Shown here piece by piece: positions 1-11,300 of a stretch of 64,000 bases of DNA (position 1 is the stretch's first letter; every line of letters begins with the position of its first letter). The translations under genes were made by a program, and so were the position numbers. Origin of the DNA: a candidate division WOR-3 bacterium (GTDB lineage: Bacteria > Hydrothermota > Tepidihabitantia > Tepidihabitantales > Tepidihabitantaceae); assembly GCA_026418295.1 (NCBI GenBank), contig JAOABP010000002.1, forward strand, positions 26,244 to 90,243. The letters are read 5' to 3'. Below the pieces are notes generated by a model. The model was not told where the DNA came from, did not search any database, and worked only from the letters and a program-made list of their open reading frames with translations.

Positions 1-1
1 A

Positions 2-1309
<1,308 letters not shown>

Positions 1310-1319
1310 GCAGGGAGTA

Positions 1320-1347
1320 TTGACATAACATATAAATCGGGTAGAAT
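1320..1347 (+). promoter_or_regulatory. sigma-70-like promoter (TTGACA-16nt-TAGAAT) upstream of tmRNA
   Basis: TTGACA at 1320-1325 and TAGAAT at 1342-1347. tmRNA 5' end lies about 30 nt downstream, consistent with a processed precursor. Confidence 0.5.
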
Positions 1348-1379
1348 TTGAATTACCTGGTTTCTCTCAGGGCATAGTC

Positions 1380-1732
1380 GGGGGCGAATGGCTTCGACGG
1401 AGTGCCTGAGGGGCTCAGGGGCATAGCGAGGCTCCTCTGTTGCCTCGTTAATACCAACAGAGGAACTACAGCTGCCAACAGCAGCTACGCACTGGCTGCC
1501 TAAAGCGAGGTAGCCCCTGGACCGGCGAGTTTCACCCGGCGCCGGCTCCGGGTCTAACAGGGTGATCAAGACCGAATCTGTGTCTCAGGGGTTCGGTCGG
1601 ATTACTAACTGAGGCTGGTCTGTCCCCGCCTGTCAGTCGGCTAAGGGACAGATGAGATAAAAAGGACTGACTAACTATGTAGAACCTGAGCTCTGAACGC
1701 TTCGGACGCGGGTTCAATTCCCGCCGCCTCCA
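1380..1732 (+). ncRNA. ssrA: tmRNA (SsrA), tag peptide ending ...ANSSYALAA*
   Basis: 5' GGGGGCGAATGGCTTCGACGG and 3' GGACGCGGGTTCAATTCCCGCCGCCTCCA closely match the E. coli ssrA termini. Acceptor stem GGGGGCG/CGCCTCC pairs. In-frame tag reading frame …GCC AAC AGC AGC TAC GCA CTG GCT GCC TAA encodes ANSSYALAA. Confidence 0.93.
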
Positions 1733-1766
1733 TGGCACAAAGAAATGCAGGTTATATAACTTACTG

Positions 1767-3497
1767 ATGGACAGTCATTTATCCCATACTCCAGGCCAGC
1801 GCGGCTACAGCCGGAAACTCGCAGAAGAGTTTTGCGCATTATCCAGACGTATTCTCCGCGAGGCGAATTCAGGTGTTCCCCGGGACGAATTTACGAGAAT
1901 GGTATTGAGTGAGTTTATTGAATTTTCCGGTTGCGATGAGGTGGAAATGAGGGTAAATGAAGGTTCAAGGTATTATCGCGGGGTCTTGAAAACCGGACCG
2001 GATGGAAAATTCCGATTCAGTCTGAAAACAAATGACTGTCCGCAGGCGCAGGAGGCATTTTCAGGGGACGAGTCAGAAGACCAGAACGTCACTAGGATGC
2101 TTCAGAAACTGGCTAGGGGCGATTACGACTCGAAGCAGCCGGGATTCACTGCTAATGGAGCTTTTCTGATTGCCAATTGTGCCACTCCTGTGATGTTTGA
2201 GGGGCGCGCGATAACAGTTCGGAGTGTGTATCAGTCGCTGGCGATTTTGCCGTTTACTATTGCGGATAACAGTCACGGACTCATTATTCTTAAGAGCCGT
2301 CAGCCCGGTTTTTTCCGGGAGCTGGAGGTGGAATTTTATCAGGGTGTAGCTCAGAGTTTAGGGGTAGCATTTGCCGACCGACGCGCACAGGCGGCTTTAC
2401 GGGAGCGGGTAAAGGAACTTACCTGCTTATATGAGCTGGATCAGGTTTTGAGCCGGGAGGAAAAGGATATCGGTGAAATCATGAAGGCGGCGGCAGAAAA
2501 ACTGCCCCCTGCATGGCTGCATTCGGATATCGCCTCTGCCTGTATTGAACTGGATGGCATAAGGTATGAGACTTCCGGCTTTAAGAATGCTGTTCACCGG
2601 CAGTCGGCAGTAATCAGGGTACACGGGGTTCCCCGTGGCAAGGTTGAAGTTGTTTACCGCGAACCCCGGCCGGTGCTGGATGAAGGTCCTTTTCTGAAGG
2701 AGGAGCGAAATCTGATTGAAGCGGTAGCCCGGGAGATCGGGTTGTTTATTGAGCGATGGGAAGCCCGAGAAGAAAAAGCCCGGTTGGAACTGCAGCTGCG
2801 TCACGCTGACCGGCTGGCCACTATTGGCCAGCTGGCAGCAGGGATTGCCCATGAGTTGAACGAACCGTTAGCCAGTATTCTCGGCTTTTCCCAGCTGCTG
2901 CAGAAGATGCCGGGTATGCCCGAGCCGGCATTGAGAGATTTGGATCGAATTGTCAAGGCAGCACTTCATGCTCGGGGGGTTATCAACAAACTGATGTTTT
3001 TTGCCCGACCGCGACCGCCACAGCAGATGTCCATTTCAGTGAATCAGCTTATTACCGAGAGTATGTATTTTGTTCAGAGTCGCTGCGCAAAAGCCGGGGT
3101 GCAGGTTGTATATGATCTTGCGCCTGATTTGCCGGAAATTCAGGCAGATCCGACACAATTGCAGCAGGTAGTAATCAATCTGGCAGTTAATGCCGTTCAG
3201 GCAATGCCTGGGGGCGGGACGCTGACTCTGGCGACAAGAAAAAAAGACGGGTTTATTGCCCTTATTGTCCAGGATACGGGTGTTGGCATGAGTGAAGAGG
3301 TTAAGGCTCAGATTTTTTTGCCCTTTTTTACGACCAAGCCGGTTGGTGAAGGGACCGGGCTCGGGTTGTCGGTTGTCCACGGAATCGTTACCGCTCATGG
3401 CGGTCGAATCAATGTTGAGTCTGCTCCCGGGAAAGGCAGCCGGTTTGAGGTGCTTTTACCTTTGCTTACACCAAAAGAACTTCAGGAGAGGAGATGA
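1767..3497 (+). CDS. cytoplasmic sensor histidine kinase (GAF-like sensor domains + HisKA + HATPase_c)
   Basis: H-box HELNEPLASILGFSQLL. ATPase N/G boxes (NLAVNAVQAM, QDTGVGM, GTGLGLSVVHGIV). No obvious TM segments. 4-nt ATGA overlap with the downstream regulator. Confidence 0.88.
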   Translation: MDSHLSHTPGQRGYSRKLAEEFCALSRRILREANSGVPRDEFTRMVLSEFIEFSGCDEVEMRVNEGSRYYRGVLKTGPDGKFRFSLKTNDCPQAQEAFSGDESEDQNVTRMLQKLARGDYDSKQPGFTANGAFLIANCATPVMFEGRAITVRSVYQSLAILPFTIADNSHGLIILKSRQPGFFRELEVEFYQGVAQSLGVAFADRRAQAALRERVKELTCLYELDQVLSREEKDIGEIMKAAAEKLPPAWLHSDIASACIELDGIRYETSGFKNAVHRQSAVIRVHGVPRGKVEVVYREPRPVLDEGPFLKEERNLIEAVAREIGLFIERWEAREEKARLELQLRHADRLATIGQLAAGIAHELNEPLASILGFSQLLQKMPGMPEPALRDLDRIVKAALHARGVINKLMFFARPRPPQQMSISVNQLITESMYFVQSRCAKAGVQVVYDLAPDLPEIQADPTQLQQVVINLAVNAVQAMPGGGTLTLATRKKDGFIALIVQDTGVGMSEEVKAQIFLPFFTTKPVGEGTGLGLSVVHGIVTAHGGRINVESAPGKGSRFEVLLPLLTPKELQERR

Positions 3498-4837
3498 GAA
3501 GGGATTACGAGGCGGTAATTCTGGTTGTTGATGATAATGCCGAGACGCTCGAAGTGCTGGAGCGTAATCTCAATGCCGCTGGTTATCAGGTGTGGACCGC
3601 CCAGAATGTCACTGATGCCGTAAAACTGCTGCAAAACGAGCACTTTGATGTTGTAATCACTGATATGAAAATGCCAGGAGCGTCGGGATTGGATCTGATA
3701 AAATATGTGCGCGAAAATTTGAACGACACTGAGGTGATGGTAATTACCGGTTATGCAACAGTGGAAAGTGCAGTGCAGGCAGTAAAGATCGGTGCTGAAG
3801 AGTATTTACCAAAGCCATTTACAGATGAGGAACTGTTGAATGCGGTGAAAAGAGTTCTGGAAAAACTCCGGATGCGGCGTGCCGCCGATGCCAGTAAGAT
3901 TACAATTCAGAAGGTTTATCCAGGACTGCTGGGTGAATCACCAGCGATGAAAAAAGTATTCAATGCGATTGAACGGGCAGCGCAGGTATCAGCCACAGTG
4001 CTGATTACCGGAGAGAGCGGTACCGGTAAGGAGCTGGTGGCACGGGCAATCCACTATGCCAGCAAAAGGGCATCAGCACCTTTTGTGCCGGTTAACTGCG
4101 GTGGAATTCCTGAGAGTCTTCTGGAGAGTGAACTGTTCGGCTATGTTAAAGGGGCTTTTACCGGCGCCACTGAGACCCGGGCGGGATTTTTCCAGACTGC
4201 AGAAGGTGGGTCAATATTTCTTGATGAAATCAGTGAGACCAGTCCTTCGATGCAGGTGAAACTGCTGCGGGTTCTTCAGGATAAAGAGGTCAGAATGCTG
4301 GGGGATTCCCGCGTTTACAGAGTGGATGTGAGGGTAATGGCAGCTACTAACAAGGATTTACTGGCATTGGTTCAAAAGGGGGCATTCCGCGAGGATCTGT
4401 TCTTTCGTTTGAATGTGCTGAATATTTCTGTTCCGCCACTCCGGGAAAGAGGGGAAGACATCTTTCTGCTTGCACGCTACTTTCTGGAGAAATTTGCCCG
4501 GGAGATGGGGCGTTCAGTCCCTCATTTCACAGATCAGGCGCTTGACGCATTCCGCCGGTATGAGTGGCCCGGTAATGTCCGGGAGCTGGAGAATCTGATA
4601 CAGCGACTACTGGTGATGGTGGATGGCGATAAGATTGATATTACTGACCTGCCGTCGCATATGCGGTTTTCAGTTGCCGCCAAGATTGATCTGACCCGGA
4701 CCTTAAAGGAAGTAGAGAGTGAATATATCCTGCAGGTGCTCAAGAGCGTTGGTGGAAATTTAACCCGCGCCGCCTCGATTCTTGGGATCGATCGTAAAAC
4801 CCTGAGAAATAAATTAAAGGAAAGCAAACCCGAATAA
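3494..4837 (+). CDS. sigma-54-dependent response regulator (NtrC/AtoC family enhancer-binding protein)
   Basis: Receiver domain (VVDDN…DVVITDMKMPG). AAA+ sigma-54 interaction domain with Walker A GESGTGKE, GAFTGA motif (KGAFTGATE) and FREDLFFRLNV. C-terminal Fis-type HTH. Confidence 0.93.
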   Translation: MRRDYEAVILVVDDNAETLEVLERNLNAAGYQVWTAQNVTDAVKLLQNEHFDVVITDMKMPGASGLDLIKYVRENLNDTEVMVITGYATVESAVQAVKIGAEEYLPKPFTDEELLNAVKRVLEKLRMRRAADASKITIQKVYPGLLGESPAMKKVFNAIERAAQVSATVLITGESGTGKELVARAIHYASKRASAPFVPVNCGGIPESLLESELFGYVKGAFTGATETRAGFFQTAEGGSIFLDEISETSPSMQVKLLRVLQDKEVRMLGDSRVYRVDVRVMAATNKDLLALVQKGAFREDLFFRLNVLNISVPPLRERGEDIFLLARYFLEKFAREMGRSVPHFTDQALDAFRRYEWPGNVRELENLIQRLLVMVDGDKIDITDLPSHMRFSVAAKIDLTRTLKEVESEYILQVLKSVGGNLTRAASILGIDRKTLRNKLKESKPE

Positions 4838-4993
4838 AACTCAGTGGGGATAATTTACCCGCCGGGAATTTTTGCCCCAAGGCTAAATTAAATCACTGCC
4901 CGGTAAAGCCATTCTAAATAAAACATCATTTTGTATCAAGCTGATAAATAACAACTTGCATGATCGATAAATTTCAGAATTTTACAGGTATGC

Positions 4994-5010
4994 CTGGCAT
5001 ACTTCGTGCA
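4994..5010 (+). promoter_or_regulatory. sigma-54 (-24/-12) promoter, TGGCAT-N7-TGCA
   Basis: cTGGCATacttcgTGCAt: GG at 4996-4997 and GC at 5008-5009, with canonical spacing relative to consensus TGGCAC-N5-TTGCW. Sits about 65 nt upstream of RBS AAAGGAGGA and the ATG at 5076. Follows an AT-rich stretch downstream of the EBP gene. Confidence 0.6.
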
Positions 5011-5075
5011 TAATACAAAAGTGCAAGTATGAGCAAACCGATGGAGAAAGGAAAACTTTAAAAAGGAGGAGCAAT

Positions 5076-5423
5076 ATGGCAGTTTCCACAAAGATTGCCA
5101 AAAAGGCAGCAAAAAAAAGCCAGCTAACGGCGCCAAAGTTCAGGAGAGCCGCAGAGGAGATGCAGGGACTGTGTATTACCTGCAATCATGCGGCGGGATG
5201 TGTCTTTCGCAAGCGCAATAAAAAACCGGTTCTGTTCTGTGAGGAGTTTGATTCCAGTGTGCCGACAGTTGAGGAGCAAATTGTGGAAGAATCATATCCT
5301 ACGGTAGAAGAGATGCGCGAATGGGATGAATTCAAAGGGCTATGTGTGAACTGTGAAAATCGTAACGATTGTATGATTCGCAACCGGGATATCGGGGTCT
5401 GGCATTGTGAGGAGTACCGGTAA
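5076..5423 (+). CDS. small Cys-rich protein with duplicated C-x2-C-x4-C-x10-11-C-EE motif and Lys-rich N-terminus (possibly DUF1540-like)
   Basis: Strong SD (AAAGGAGGA) 8 nt upstream of the ATG. Two repeats: GLCITCNHAAGCVFRKRNKKPVLFCEEF and GLCVNCENRNDCMIRNRDIGVWHCEEY. Lies 9 nt upstream of the GDH gene, so probably co-transcribed. Confidence 0.6.
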   Translation: MAVSTKIAKKAAKKSQLTAPKFRRAAEEMQGLCITCNHAAGCVFRKRNKKPVLFCEEFDSSVPTVEEQIVEESYPTVEEMREWDEFKGLCVNCENRNDCMIRNRDIGVWHCEEYR

Positions 5424-5432
5424 GGAGGACTT

Positions 5433-6755
5433 ATGGCAATAAATACCAGAAGTTCAGTCCGGATAAAACCGACATATAAGCAGACTGCTCCGGAGAAGAA
5501 ACGTCGCAGTGTATATGAAGATGTTGTAAGTCAGTTCAATCGTGCGGCAGATATCATGAATCTTGATTCCGGAGTTCGGAAAATACTGGGTACAACTATG
5601 AACGAAGTGGTCGTCCATTTTCCCGTGAAGATGGATGACGGGCGGATTGAAGTTTTCACCGGGTACCGGGTTCAGCACAACAACGCCCTTGGTCCGTTCA
5701 AGGGCGGATTGAGATACCATCCGGCGGTGGATATCGATGAGGTGCGGGCGCTGGCAACCTGGATGACTTGGAAGTCAGCAATTGTCAACATTCCATTCGG
5801 TGGCGCAAAAGGGGGAATCCAGCTGGACCCGACAAATTATTCTGTTGCCGAACTGGAACGGATTACCCGGCGATTCACATATGCGCTAGGCAATACGATT
5901 GGGCCTGATTACGACATACCTGCACCAGATGTCAACACCAATCCTCAAATCATGGCGTGGATTCTTGATACCTATCAGTCGATGATGCCCGCTTTTGAGC
6001 GTCACCGCTGTCTGGGGGTAGTTACTGGTAAGCCGATTGAATCCGGTGGCAGTGTCGGCCGGGACAAAGCGACGGGTCAGGGTGTGGTTTATCTGATTCA
6101 TGAGTGGGCAAAGGATCACAACTTTGACCTCAGCAAGGCAACCTACATCGTTCAGGGGTTTGGCAATGTTGGGTCCTGGTCAGCCCGGTTGATGAAGCCT
6201 CTGGGGGCAAAGTTGATTGCGGTTGAGGATGTTACCGGTGCGATCGCCGATCCGGAGGGAATTGATCCGGAAGATTTAACCCGTTATGTGCTGGAAAACC
6301 GCGGGGTCAAGGGATATCCCAAGGCAAAGCCGATATCTCATATTGAGTTTCTCCGCACGCGGGCTGATATCTTCATTCCTGCAGCTTTGGAGAATCAGAT
6401 TACGGCGGAAACTGCACCACTGCTCAATGTTCGTCTAGTTGCGGAAGGTGCCAACGGACCGACTGATCCGGAGGGGGATGCTATTCTCAATCAGCGGGGT
6501 ATTGATGTGCTTCCCGATATCCTCTGTAACTCCGGTGGTGTGATTGTCAGTTACTTTGAGTGGTTGCAGAATAAGCGGAGCGAATTCTGGGATCTTCAGG
6601 AGGTTGACTGCAAGCTGTACAAGAAGATTGTGGGCGGTTATCAGCGGGTCAAGGAGGCGGTGAGCAAGTACCGCGTTAACTGGCGGACAGCAGCGTATAT
6701 CGTTGCTCTGGCACGACTGGAGAAGGTGTACAAGGAAAGGGGTATTTTCCCGTAA
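5433..6755 (+). CDS. gdh: glutamate dehydrogenase, short (about 420-440 aa) Glu/Leu/Phe/Val dehydrogenase-family type
   Basis: GPFKGGLRYHP, PFGGAKGG, GNVGSW Rossmann, VAEGANGP motifs. N-terminal roughly 25-aa basic extension. Confidence 0.9.
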   Translation: MAINTRSSVRIKPTYKQTAPEKKRRSVYEDVVSQFNRAADIMNLDSGVRKILGTTMNEVVVHFPVKMDDGRIEVFTGYRVQHNNALGPFKGGLRYHPAVDIDEVRALATWMTWKSAIVNIPFGGAKGGIQLDPTNYSVAELERITRRFTYALGNTIGPDYDIPAPDVNTNPQIMAWILDTYQSMMPAFERHRCLGVVTGKPIESGGSVGRDKATGQGVVYLIHEWAKDHNFDLSKATYIVQGFGNVGSWSARLMKPLGAKLIAVEDVTGAIADPEGIDPEDLTRYVLENRGVKGYPKAKPISHIEFLRTRADIFIPAALENQITAETAPLLNVRLVAEGANGPTDPEGDAILNQRGIDVLPDILCNSGGVIVSYFEWLQNKRSEFWDLQEVDCKLYKKIVGGYQRVKEAVSKYRVNWRTAAYIVALARLEKVYKERGIFP

Positions 6756-6782
6756 TATCCTTTTCCGGCATCAGTACAGGAA

Positions 6783-6817
6783 GCGGTGCGTCCGGAATCC
6801 GGACGCACCGCTTTTTG
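6783..6817 (+). terminator. rho-independent terminator (13-bp stem GCGGTGCGTCCGG/CCGGACGCACCGC + TTTTTG)
   Basis: Perfect inverted repeat at 6783-6795 / 6799-6811 followed by a T-tract, immediately after the GDH stop. Confidence 0.8.
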
Positions 6818-6843
6818 AGTTGCGGTTGACTTGCGGTTATAAT
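6815..6843 (+). promoter_or_regulatory. sigma-70-like promoter TTGAGT-17nt-TATAAT
   Basis: -35 at 6815-6820 and perfect -10 at 6838-6843, 17 nt before the GTG start of the M23 peptidase gene. Confidence 0.5.
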
Positions 6844-6859
6844 GGGATAGAAGGATTAA

Positions 6860-7399
6860 GTGCGGTGTTTGTGCCGGTTCGGACGTGCAGTTTTCCTTCT
6901 GATTCTGCTCAGCTGCGCCTCGCTTTACACGACTCAGCCCCGTTACCGCCGGTTCCGACAGACACCGCGTCTGAAACCGGCAGTTCCTTCCCAGCCAACA
7001 CCAGCCAGACATCCGATGGATGCCTACCGGGGCAGGCTTTCCTGGCCCGTGACCGGAACGGTAATTTCCGGATTCGGACTGCAGGTAGACCCGAAATACG
7101 GCACCAAGGTGAAAAATTCCGGGATTGACATCAGCTGTGCGAAGGGCAGTCCGGTCCGGGCGGTCTGGGAAGGTACGGTCTCCTATGCGGATGTGTTCAT
7201 GGGGCAGGGGCTGATGTTGATTCTGGAACATGGCGGCGGTTATTACTCAGTTTACAGCCGGCTGAGCGAGTTCCGGGTCCGGGCAGGCGAAAAGGTGAAG
7301 ACCGGAGCGGTGCTGGGTTTAAGCGGTGAGCTGCTGCATTTTGAATTGCGGATTGGCGGGAAGGCGGTTGACCCGCTGGAATGGCTGGAAAAGAGGTAA
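6860..7399 (+). CDS. M23 family metallopeptidase (peptidoglycan DD-endopeptidase-like) with N-terminal signal/lipoprotein-like segment
   Basis: GTG start. Hydrophobic N-terminus. M23 signature GIDISCAKGSPVRAV…GYYSVYSRL…GAVLGLSGE…LHFELR. Confidence 0.85.
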   Translation: MRCLCRFGRAVFLLILLSCASLYTTQPRYRRFRQTPRLKPAVPSQPTPARHPMDAYRGRLSWPVTGTVISGFGLQVDPKYGTKVKNSGIDISCAKGSPVRAVWEGTVSYADVFMGQGLMLILEHGGGYYSVYSRLSEFRVRAGEKVKTGAVLGLSGELLHFELRIGGKAVDPLEWLEKR

Positions 7400-7401
7400 A
7401 A

Positions 7402-8352
7402 ATGGGGGCGCAGTTTTCCGGTGAAAAAATCATTGATCTGAATTTTTCCCCGCCGGACTGCCTGATCAGCTATCTTGGTGCGGTGACCGCACTCCTGCGT
7501 GCCCGGGGAATCCGGTGTGACCTGACCGATGTTGCGGGCAGGAGCGGTTATGCGTTTATTATCAATATCCATCCGGAACTTTTGCCCACCGGACCGGTGG
7601 CATTTGACTGGGAGGTGCTGATTGAGGGCACACGCGCACTCGGGGTTGAAGTTGAGCTGGTAGCGGTGGCAAGGGGAGACAATGACGAAGCCAATTTTAC
7701 CGAGCTGTTTGAACGGGTGCGCGAGGAAATTGAGGCGGGACGTCCCTGTATTGTCTGGGGTGCGGGCGAAGGACCGCAGTTCGGTCTGGTCAACGGTTAC
7801 CGGCAGGACCGCTATGTTGTTACCGGTGCGAAAGGGAGGAGGGATGAGATCAGCTATGACCAGTTAAAGGCGGTCTGGCGGATTGCAGGTATATTCGCGG
7901 GGGAGCGTTTTGAGCCTGAATGCCGGACTGAGGAGCGGAAGGCGGTGGTGCGGGCGGTGCGACTGCTGCGGGGAACCGTTGCCTGCTTTGATGCGGAGTA
8001 CTTTTCCGGTGTCCGTGCCTTTTCTGCCTGGGGTGATGCGGTGGCGCGGGGCAGGACTGATTATGAGGGGCTGATTTACAATCTGCTCTGCTATTACGAG
8101 CTCCAGCTGCTGGCAGCCGGCTTCTGCGTTCGCTTGGCAAAAAAACATCCGCAGGCAGCACCTTATCTGAAGAATGCGGCGCGGTGCTTTCAGAACTCAT
8201 TTCACAACTTGGAGCAGGCGGGAAAGCTTGCCTCCAGTCCCGCGGAAGTCAGGCAGAATTCGGAACCGATCGCAAAACTGCTGCGGGCGTGCCGGGAGCA
8301 GAATGAGCAGGCGGCAGTCGAGCTGGAGCGGGCTTTCGGGCTGATGGAATAA
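7402..8352 (+). CDS. hypothetical protein, possibly BtrH-N/C39-like papain-fold domain protein
   Basis: ATG 2 nt after the M23 stop, so likely same operon. N-terminal PDCLISYLGAVTALL resembles the catalytic-Cys region of C39/BtrH-like domains. No confident family assignment. Confidence 0.45.
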   Translation: MGAQFSGEKIIDLNFSPPDCLISYLGAVTALLRARGIRCDLTDVAGRSGYAFIINIHPELLPTGPVAFDWEVLIEGTRALGVEVELVAVARGDNDEANFTELFERVREEIEAGRPCIVWGAGEGPQFGLVNGYRQDRYVVTGAKGRRDEISYDQLKAVWRIAGIFAGERFEPECRTEERKAVVRAVRLLRGTVACFDAEYFSGVRAFSAWGDAVARGRTDYEGLIYNLLCYYELQLLAAGFCVRLAKKHPQAAPYLKNAARCFQNSFHNLEQAGKLASSPAEVRQNSEPIAKLLRACREQNEQAAVELERAFGLME

Positions 8353-8380
8353 AAAAGGCGGGTCAAATGACCCGCCTTGT
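8351..8380. terminator. bidirectional rho-independent terminator (GGCGGGTCA-AAT-TGACCCGCC flanked by A-run/T-run)
   Basis: 9-bp perfect stem at 8357-8365 / 8369-8377, between convergent genes. Confidence 0.8.
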
Positions 8381-8395
8381 GATGTTTCTCCTCTT

Positions 8396-11300
8396 TTACC
8401 GGTTCAGCACCGTCTTGACCTTGACTGAGGTTTCCGGAGTTGTGAGCCGGATGAAGTAGATACCGCTGGCAACTCTGCTGCCGTTGTCATCAGTGCCATT
8501 CCAGCTGGCGGTATAGGTGCCCGCCTTCATTCTGCCGTTGACCAGAGTTCGCACAATTCTGCCGCTGGCATCAAATACCCTGAGCTCGGCGCTGCCGTCC
8601 TGAGGAATCTGGTAACGGATTACCGTTGTGCGTCTGAACAGACTGGGAGCAACCGCAAGAATTCTGCCATCCTTGAGCAGGGTTACGCCCAAATCTTCAG
8701 CTATGCCGGTGGGATTGTCGGATGAGAATTTGATCGCATGGCCCGGAACCCAGGGTGAGGCACCGCGGTGATAAGCACCGTCAAACAGCATCTGGATGTA
8801 TTTCGTCTTGGTGTGATCCTGAATTCCGACCGTTGCCGACCTGCCGGCGCGGTTGGCGGTCAGATACTGAATGACAAACTTGGAGTTGCCATCTTCAGCC
8901 GCATAAGTGGTATCATAGAGGATGATTTCAAATTTTTCCCACTCGGAGCTGCTGAAATAGTGGACCGAATCCCATTCAATGATGAACCGGTGGTTGGCGG
9001 CGTCGTGATAATACCAGACGCTGTCACCGTAAGGTGGATAGAGGTCGTCCCAGTTGGCAGCGATCAGCGGTGGCATGTCGGTGTTCGGCAGGGCGGTGTT
9101 GGAATAGTTGGTGGCGGTGGTATAACCCGGTGCAATCCAGCCGTTGGAGCAGATTGAAATCTGGTTATAGGACTGGCCGTAGAAGATGAAGGGACCGAAT
9201 GCGGGTGGCAGACTGATCTGCACGGTCTGGTCATCAGTGAGCGACAGTCTCGTGCCGATGCCGTAGATTTCCACCCATTCAAAGGTCGGATGTTCAGGAT
9301 AAAGGATGTCCACCTCATCGTAAGCCCAGTAGAGTGGCGGTTCGGAGTTGTCCGGAACCGGGTCAACCTGCCGGATTTCGCCGACGATGATTGTGAATAC
9401 GGCGGTGCTGGCATAGCCGTTGTCTGCCGAGATGTAAAGTGTGCAGGGGATCGGGGTTTCGGGCAGGATTGCGCTGGAGGCGTAGACGGTGAAGTGGTCG
9501 GTGCGGTTGGTGGCGTTTTCGCCTGCGGGGATATTGCCGTAGACCGCAGTAGAGTCGGTGACGCTCAAGCGGGAGTCACCCGAGCGCAGAACCGCCCGGA
9601 CATTGTAGGCGTTGCCCAGTCCGGAGTTGCTGAGCGTTATTTCCAGATCCGCGGTTTCGCTCGGGTCCAGTCGGCCGTTGGGCTGGGAGCCCATTGAATC
9701 CTTGACCACATGGTTGACAAAGACGATGCTCGGTGCGCCAACATACAGTGTGAACAGCGATATCCAGGTGGAGTCCAGCGCATCCTTGCAGACCAGTGAG
9801 CAGTTGATCGGATAGCGGTTGGGCAGACCCGAGGCAACGCTCATGCCGAATCCCTGAGCGTTGAATGCGGAGTCATTGCCGGCAATGTTACCGAAGGTCT
9901 TGACCGAATCGGTGACGGTGACACCAGCGGTTGAGGTGCGCAGTCGGGCGGTAACACTGTTAGCGGTCAGACTGCCGTAATTCTTGACCCACATCGGAAT
10001 CCGGAATGATTCGCCCGGGTTGATGATGCTGTCGCCATTACCACCCGGCGGTGCGTCGTTGATGTAGTGGCGGAGATAGGAGACATATCTGCCGGAGGAC
10101 ATTACAACGATGGAATCAAGATAGGGTATATTATTGGCACCGCTGACTGCGAGCTTGAGAAAGCCCGGAGTCAGACAGGAGACGAGCAGGGTTACCTGTC
10201 CGGAGGCGTTGGTCCAGCCGCGGACAAATGTTTCACCCGGTTTCTGGAGTACAACCATCGCCGATTCCACCGGAGCAAAGCCCGGGGTCTGGACGGTAAT
10301 CGTGACCGGAATGTTGTTGCCGATGTTGATGGCACCGGGTTTTGAGACCACCGGCACAAACGGCCGGGCGCGCCAGATCGGTGTTGCCGGCTCGCCGAAC
10401 AGGTTGCGCTCCATAATCTCCATCCGGTATTTCTGGGAATCAAGAATTACCGGCACCCAGTAGTTTCTGCCATAGGAGATCATTTCGCCCTGATAAATCT
10501 TGCGGGCGGTGCGGAATCCCAGAAAGCCGTAGCCGATCGCATAGTTCAGCTTCTCCGCAACATTCACCCAGCCGGACTCGTAGTTCATCATGACACCGAT
10601 GAAGCCGTTGGGTGCGTGGTTGAACATGTTTTCGGCGATGCAGTCGCCATTCGTTGACCCCAGATCCCACTGGCCCACATTACACGAGACCGCGGTGATG
10701 CAGTTGAGCCGGTTGGTATTGGTGAGGTTAATCATCATCTGGCTGGTAACGCTTCCGTTCAGGTCATAAAGGTCCGGTGCGCCGTGAGCAATCACCGAGT
10801 TGAAGGTGTAGCCGGAGTTCAGCGAGTCACAGTAACGCTGGGGTGTGGGCTGGATCTGACCGTTGCCGGAGTAATACATCTTCAGGTCAAACCAGGGCGG
10901 GGTGGGCGAGGCGTTGGCGATCGAGTCGTTGTAATTGTCCGAGAAGGTGACACCGTTGGGCAGAAGGATTTTATTCCACCAGCCGCCGGTTGTATCCGGT
11001 GCGGTCTCGTAGCGGATGATTTTGCTCCGGACATTGGCGATCTCACTGAACTGATTCAGGGTCATCATGCCGACATGGACATCGGCATAGCCGTCAACCG
11101 AGTCGGCAAGCTCGCCGAAGATGTTGTTGTTGTTGCGGTCCCAGGTGCCATCCAGATCGGAGAAATACATATCGGAGAAGAAGTCATAGCCATAGGCGCG
11201 GGCAACCCGGTAGTAGTTTGCCGGATAGTCAGGCCGGGCGATGAAGACGAAGATTGTGCCCCAGGTGGTGTCCGCATCCTTGATGAAGTTGCGCATCTTT

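Noticed and set aside
6826-6843. TTGACT…TATAAT pair upstream of the M23 gene
   Set aside because: The spacer is only 6 nt. The overlapping TTGAGT (6815-6820) gives the proper 17-nt spacing and is preferred.
7381-7401. upstream ATG (MAGKEVKM…) for the 7402 gene
   Set aside because: It would overlap the M23 stop in-frame with a different reading. The ATG at 7402 immediately follows the M23 stop and is the simpler start, though it is not proven.
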